64,000 bases of DNA from Alphaproteobacteria bacterium (GTDB lineage: Bacteria; Pseudomonadota; Alphaproteobacteria; MPNO01): assembly GCA_965248835.1 (NCBI GenBank), contig CBDFLJ010000002.1, positions 1,696,001 through 1,760,000 of the forward strand, written 5' to 3'. The notes beneath the pieces were generated by a model that was not told where the DNA came from, did not search any database, and saw only the letters and a list, made by a program, of their open reading frames with translations. The position numbers and the translations under genes are program-made. Shown piece after piece: positions 58,699 to 64,000 of the stretch (positions within the stretch are counted from its first letter, which is position 1; each line of letters starts with the position of its first letter).

Positions 58699-60000
58699 CT
58701 ACCTCGCCAAGCCCGGCAGATACGAAGCGATCCCGGGGAACAGGATCAGGAGAAGGATACCCGTGACCAGGGGCAGGATGAAGATCAGCGAGCCGCTGAT
58801 CACCTCGCCAAGCTCCGCGTCGGGAACCACCGACTTCAGGACGAACAGGTTGAAGCCGATCGGCGGCGAAATTGCGGCGATTTCAATATTTATCGTGACA
58901 AGTACCCCGAACCATACCGGGTCATAGCCCATCGCCAGAATTGCCGGGAAGAATACCGGCACGATGATGACGAGAACGCTCATGGGATCCATGAACATTC
59001 CGAGGACCATCAGCAGCAGGTTGATCAGGATGACGATCAACCAGGACGGCAGATCCAGAGCAATCAAGGCTTTTGCCATTCCCTGAGGCACGCCCAGCCG
59101 AGTCAGCATGAAGGCGCTGAACAGGCCGCCGATCAGGAGCAGCATGAACATGGCCGTCGTCTGCACGGTGTTGGCAAGGATCCGACCGGTGATCTCGCGG
59201 TTCAGCTTTCGGGAAAGCGCGGCGATGGCCAGTGCGCCGGCAGCCCCCACCGCACCGGCTTCGGTGGGGGTCGCTACACCGAAATAGATTGACCCCAGGA
59301 CCATGAATGAAAGTGTGAGAACGGGGAATACCACCCTGAGAGACTGGAGTCGTTCGGACCAGGGCGCCTTTCCTGCGAGCTTCGGCGCGAGCCGAGGGCG
59401 GGCCAAAACCACGAGCACGACGGTCGCAGAGAGCAATCCGGCGATCATGACGCCAGGTAGCAATCCGGCGATGAAAAGATCGCCGACGGACGTTTCCGTG
59501 ATCACTCCGTACAGGATCATCGCTATACTGGGAGGTATCAGGATCCCGAGCGTTCCGCCCGCCGCTGTCACGCCGAAGGCGAGGCGCCGGTCATATCCGT
59601 GGCGCACCATCTCCGGGACGGCCATCGCGCCAATGGTGGCAGACGTCACCGGGCTGGACCCGCACACCGACGAAAATCCGGTACAGGCAAATATCGTGCC
59701 AACGGCGAGCGAACCGGGAACACGGTGCAGCCAAAGTTGCGCTGCGCGGAACAGATCTCTTCCGATCCCGGTGACGGCCAGCGCCTCGCCCATCATGATG
59801 AACAAGGGAACGACAGTTAGGATGAAGTAGCTCGACGTCGAAAAGGCGACGGTAGCAATATGGGCGACCGCGTAAGGCGAAACAAACAGGTAAGTGCCGA
59901 TTATGCCAATCAATCCGGTTGCAACGGCGACGGGTACACCCGTCGCTAGAAACGCAACCAGTGCGATTGCAAAGACAAGAAAGCTCGCGAACGCCTCCAC
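58699..60000 (-). CDS. dctM: TRAP transporter large permease
   Basis: VPLFI.MG, GSS, GGTLGILIPPSI, TPTEAG, ISPPIGFNLFV. Confidence 0.93.
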   Translation of the reverse strand: MEAFASFLVFAIALVAFLATGVPVAVATGLIGIIGTYLFVSPYAVAHIATVAFSTSSYFILTVVPLFIMMGEALAVTGIGRDLFRAAQLWLHRVPGSLAVGTIFACTGFSSVCGSSPVTSATIGAMAVPEMVRHGYDRRLAFGVTAAGGTLGILIPPSIAMILYGVITETSVGDLFIAGLLPGVMIAGLLSATVVLVVLARPRLAPKLAGKAPWSERLQSLRVVFPVLTLSFMVLGSIYFGVATPTEAGAVGAAGALAIAALSRKLNREITGRILANTVQTTAMFMLLLIGGLFSAFMLTRLGVPQGMAKALIALDLPSWLIVILINLLLMVLGMFMDPMSVLVIIVPVFFPAILAMGYDPVWFGVLVTINIEIAAISPPIGFNLFVLKSVVPDAELGEVISGSLIFILPLVTGILLLILFPGIASYLPGLAR

Positions 60001-60513
60001 CTATTGTTCACCGGTTTTGCGGAAGGCCGCCGCAACAATCACCAACATCGTGAGGATGAACTGGGCCACGCCAACCGGACCGATCACCCATATGTACTTC
60101 ACCTTCATTGGTATGGTCGATGCCGGAAAGGGATTGTCGTCGACAAATGCCTCTACCGTCTCGTTCAGCAGCATCGCGAACAGGACCGCACCAAACATGA
60201 CCGTCAGCGCGCCACCGAGAACGACGAAACCGCCTCGGAACCGCGGCGAGATGAACTGGCCGAATAGATCAACGGAAACGTGACTGCCTGCTTCCAGCGC
60301 CGGCGCCAGAGCGAGAAAAAACAAATAAACCAGCATGAAGGAACAGACATCCAAGACCCAAGCGCTTGGATCGTTGAACGCGTAGCGTCGTATGACGTCC
60401 TGCAGGATCACGATCATGATCGCCGCCGCAAGCCCGCCGCTGACGGCCAGAAACACAGCATTTATGCCGCGGGTGATCCGTGAGGTCGCGGCAAACCACG
60501 CGGATGCCGCCAT
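60001..60513 (-). CDS. dctQ: TRAP transporter small permease
   Basis: 4 TM, DVIRRY.FN.P..W, HVSVD; between dctP and dctM. Confidence 0.9.
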   Translation of the reverse strand: MAASAWFAATSRITRGINAVFLAVSGGLAAAIMIVILQDVIRRYAFNDPSAWVLDVCSFMLVYLFFLALAPALEAGSHVSVDLFGQFISPRFRGGFVVLGGALTVMFGAVLFAMLLNETVEAFVDDNPFPASTIPMKVKYIWVIGPVGVAQFILTMLVIVAAAFRKTGEQ

Positions 60514-60551
60514 AGGCGGGCCCTGGGGGCGGTGCGGTCGTTTCGGACGTC

Positions 60552-61547
60552 CTACCAGTGCGGCTCAAGTATTTTCCGAACGCGTTTGCCGTCGTCTCCT
60601 GATACGCTGTCCATCTTGTCGAAGACCGGTCGTATGGCGTCCACAAAGGCCGCCTTTTCACCCTCGTCGAGCGAATAGACATCGCCCCCGGCCTGGCCGA
60701 TCTTGCTCCTTAACACCGGTTGCAGGGGTTCCAGGTGACGCGCCGCTACAGCTTCGGCTTCGATCGCTATTCGCTCGATAGCCGTCTGATCGGCCGTGGC
60801 AATCTTGCCCCATATCCTCTTGTTCGCGATGTAGATCAAGACATTCACCGGCACGCCCAGATTGACAATTTTCGGCGCGACCTCGTAGAGCTTGAACGCG
60901 TAGGTGATCTCGTGGTTGCTCAGAACACAGTCAAGTGTACCGTTCTGCAACGCGATGTATTGCTCCGCAGGATCGGTCGCCACCGGGTTGGCACCGAGCG
61001 CGCGAATCTGTTCGACCTGCCAGCGCCCCGCCGTGCGGACCCGAAGCTTCTTCCAGTCGGAGGGTTTCTTGAGATGCCGGTCGCGGCAGTTCACCGTCCC
61101 GCCGAACGATGGTTGCATCCACAGATATTTGACGCCCTGGGCATCGAACAGCCTGTCGAGGATCGGTCTGAGTTGAGCGGCGACCTTGAGCCATGATGCC
61201 GCGTCGTTAGGCATCCCCGCTTCACCCTCGACATATGACAGCGCCGGAATTCTGCTGGACTCCACACCCGCTGCCGTCGTGCCGACATGGACTGCGCCGT
61301 TGCGGACCGCCTTGAAGGTTTCGGTAATCTTTCCGAGCGCTCCCGAATAGAACGGGCGCAGCTCGACTCGGCCCTTTGTCTGTTTCTTCGTCTCGTCCAT
61401 CCAGAATTTGACGGCATGCGTCCATGCACTGCGTTCCGAATGCCATATGGACATATCAAGGGTTGCCGCACCTGACGAGAACGGCACGGCGAAAGCCAGC
61501 ATTCCCGTAAAGATGGCAGACACGACGACTTTTCTTCGAACGGCCAT
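60552..61547 (-). CDS. dctP: TRAP transporter substrate-binding protein
   Basis: Signal peptide, T.GRVE...F.SGALG, LRVRT, LGANP, YIALQNGTLD, YEVAP. Confidence 0.9.
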   Translation of the reverse strand: MAVRRKVVVSAIFTGMLAFAVPFSSGAATLDMSIWHSERSAWTHAVKFWMDETKKQTKGRVELRPFYSGALGKITETFKAVRNGAVHVGTTAAGVESSRIPALSYVEGEAGMPNDAASWLKVAAQLRPILDRLFDAQGVKYLWMQPSFGGTVNCRDRHLKKPSDWKKLRVRTAGRWQVEQIRALGANPVATDPAEQYIALQNGTLDCVLSNHEITYAFKLYEVAPKIVNLGVPVNVLIYIANKRIWGKIATADQTAIERIAIEAEAVAARHLEPLQPVLRSKIGQAGGDVYSLDEGEKAAFVDAIRPVFDKMDSVSGDDGKRVRKILEPHW

Positions 61548-61776
61548 GGCTTTCTCCCTAGGAATCTTATGCGTTACACACATCATGCACCACCAAATAC
61601 CCTTGCCGCAACCGGAGGTGGCCTCGCCTTTTCGGGATGGTGGTTCGGTGGAGGTGTAACTCACCTAACAACGACTTCTCGGTAATAGGCCACTGGCGTA
61701 GGATCGCAGCCTCTCCCTGTGAAGTCGTTTATCTACAATGACTTACCGTCCATTTCGATTCGAGCGGGTAGCGGCG

Positions 61777-61992
61777 GTGAGCGGTGACGGCGGCGGGCGC
61801 CGCCAGCGCGCCGTGATGGCGACCGATGCCGCGTGGGAACGGATCGGCCGGGCGGGCGCTGCGGGCAGCATGGAGCTGTCACGCTTCGTGGTCCGTCGCA
61901 CGCTCGAGCGAGACGCGCTGCCGCCGCGGGTGCTGCGCCGGGCGGCGCGCCAGATGCTGGTGCCTTCCGAGCTTGATGAGAGGCGCCTTTGA
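61777..61992 (+). pseudogene. Degenerate paralog of RHH protein 1
   Basis: GRRQRAVMATDAAWERIGRA...MELSRFVVRRTLER..LPP.VLRRA, nearly collinear with 55464-55835 in inverted orientation; truncated. Confidence 0.75.
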
Positions 61993-62150
61993 AAACGCCA
62001 TTGTAATCATCGACGAGAATTTTTTTGCGCGAGCAGCGGTTGAACCGAAGACACGCGATTCGCGGAAGAGAAGCTCCATCACACGTGCGCACCGGAAGAA
62101 ATTGAGCCCAGCGGACCTCAACGAAAGGAACGCAACCTTCCGGCGAAGAC

Positions 62151-63507
62151 AGAGGTGGCGCCGGAAAATCGGACAGGTAGCTAAGGTGTATTCCACCGCC
62201 TGACGGAGGAATACAGATGAGCAGCAAACGACGCAGATTTTCAGGGGAGCTGAAGGCGAAGGTGGCGTTGGCGGCGCTTCGGGGCGACCGGACGCTTCAG
62301 GAGATCGCCTCGCAGCATCAGGTTCATCCGAACCAGGTAGGCGCCTGGAAGCGCCAGGCGATGGAGGGTCTGGTGGAGGTATTCTCGAAGGGCGCCGAGC
62401 GTCGGGTCCGGGACCATGAGAGCGAGGTCCGCGATCTTCACGCCAAGATCGGGGAGCTGATCGTGGAGCGGGATTTTTTATCGCGCGGGTCCGGTCGATG
62501 AGCCGGTCGGAGCGCCGCGCGATGGTTGTGCGCGACCACCCGGCGCTGAACCTGAGCCGGCAATGCCGCCTGCTGTCGCTCGGGCGTTCCTCGCTCTACT
62601 ACAAGCCCAAGGGCGAGAGCGCGGAGACGCTCGTGCTGATGCGGCGGATCGACGAGTTGTTCCTGAAGTACCCGTTTTACGGCGCCCGTCGGATGGCACT
62701 TCACCTGCGCCGCAAGGGCGTGTGCATCGGCCGGCGCCGGGCCGGGCGGCTGATGCGCCTGATGGGACTTCAGGCAATCTATCGGGCGCCGCGCACCAGC
62801 GATCCGCACCCCGAGCACCGGGTCTGGCCCTATCTGCTCAGGAGCTTGACGATCGAACGACCGAACCATGTCTGGTGTGCCGACATCACCTACATCCCGG
62901 TGCAGCGCGGCTTCCTTTACCTGGTGGCGATCATGGACTGGGCGAGCCGGTTCGTCCTGGCCTGGCGGCTGTCGAACACGCTGGACGCGAGCTTCTGCAC
63001 AGACGCGCTCGACGAGGCCCTGGCCCGGCATGGCGCACCGGAGATATTCAACACCGACCAGGGCAGCCAGTTCACCAGCTTCGCCTTCACCGGGCGCTTG
63101 CAGGCGCCCGGCATCCGGGTCTCGATGGATGGCAGGGGCCGGTGCATGGACAATATCTTTATCGAGCGGCTGTGGCGTTCACTCAAATACGAGGCGATCT
63201 ATCTCCACGAGATCGCCGACGGCTTCACGGCCCGGCGACTGATCGCTGAATGGGTCAGCTTCTACAACACCGAGAGGCCGCACTCGGCGCTGGGTGGGAG
63301 AACCCCGGCCGAGGCCTGGCGAGGCGAGACGCCTGTGGATATGATGGACAAGCCGCTTCGCGCCTTGCCCTTGAACGCATGCGTTCAAGCCCCACAGGCG
63401 CAGCAACAACAGGAAGATCGCATGAAAGGGATTCTGGCGGCCTGAGAAACAACCGGAATACACCTTAACTCAGCCGCCAGGCTGTCCGAAAAGGCGAGGC
63501 CTCCTCA
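62151..63507 (+). mobile_element. IS3-family insertion sequence (orfA 62217-62501, orfB 62498-63445)
   Basis: orfA KRRRFS.E.KAKVAL; orfB WCADITY, NTDQGSQF, DNIFIERLW; imperfect IRs AGAGGTGGC..TCGGACAG / TGAGGAGGC..TCGGACAG; no TSD seen. Confidence 0.92.
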
Positions 63508-63618
63508 TTCCGGCCTCGACCGTGTTGAGGAAGCGGATGAATTCTTGATGGCGATGACGCTGCATGTTGCGGCCGATGACCGTGCCGTCGAGGACGTTCA
63601 GGGCGGCGAACAGCGTGG
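63508..63618 (-). pseudogene. IS630 transposase internal fragment
   Basis: [35 protein letters not shown], homologous to the TSLFAALDV..G.VIG...RHR..EF segment of 49422-50540. Confidence 0.8.
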
Positions 63619-64000
63619 AGCATTATTCCTCCGCCGTTAACAGTCGGGGCCGATCAAATCCCTCTCCACGCGAAAGTCCGCCTATCGGATATGGCCCGTG
63701 TTTGTTTCCATTCGGCAATCGCCCACTCGCGGCCGCGACGTACGACAAAATTAGCCAACCAACTGCCCAGATCCAAAATCCAGAAATTCCCGAGCCACAT
63801 CCCCCGCGATTGCGGCACAGCTCCGCGGCCGTTCGTGGCAAGAAATTTGCTGTTCAGTGACTCGCGGCGGTCGAGTCCTGGACTCGGTGTTGGGCACTGA
63901 TCGGTTCTTGTCCCGGCGCGACCACTTCATTGCGGGCCGCCACCGGAACAATTCGATTATCCGGGTCGCGAATTATTCCTGGCGGGTCTTCTCCTCGTTG

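Noticed and set aside
63619-64000. Short ORFs at the window end
   Set aside because: No motifs, RBS or coding-like composition

Overview
High-GC, alphaproteobacterial-looking DNA in two halves. Bases 1-28.8 kb are an intact run of catabolic and housekeeping genes: a molybdenum hydroxylase large subunit, an atypical VAO/PCMH-family flavoprotein, two Rieske oxygenases, M14/M28/M20 hydrolases, a TPP enzyme, 2OG/PhyH/cupin/LLM oxygenases, a PreA-like dehydrogenase, two MFS transporters and an OmpR-type two-component system with a Spy/CpxP-like gene. Bases 28.9-64 kb are a heavily rearranged mobile island. It holds tandem tyrosine integrases, a RIT remnant, Toprim and DUF4326 genes, a Cro/CI-like switch, IS5/IS630/IS3 elements and fragments, a triple ribbon-helix-helix operon, parDE, a trwC relaxase remnant and a TRAP transporter. 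The best-preserved part of the island is a tightly coupled ~13 kb, 8-gene defence operon. It reads as a DUF499 ATPase / small protein / DUF1156 methyltransferase / PLD-SNF2 restriction-like (BREX-related) system with a complete Menshen-like triad (DUF262, DUF3696 ABC ATPase, putative nuclease effector) nested in the middle. No rRNA, tRNA or CRISPR array was seen. All family calls come from motif recognition by eye; no searches were run.
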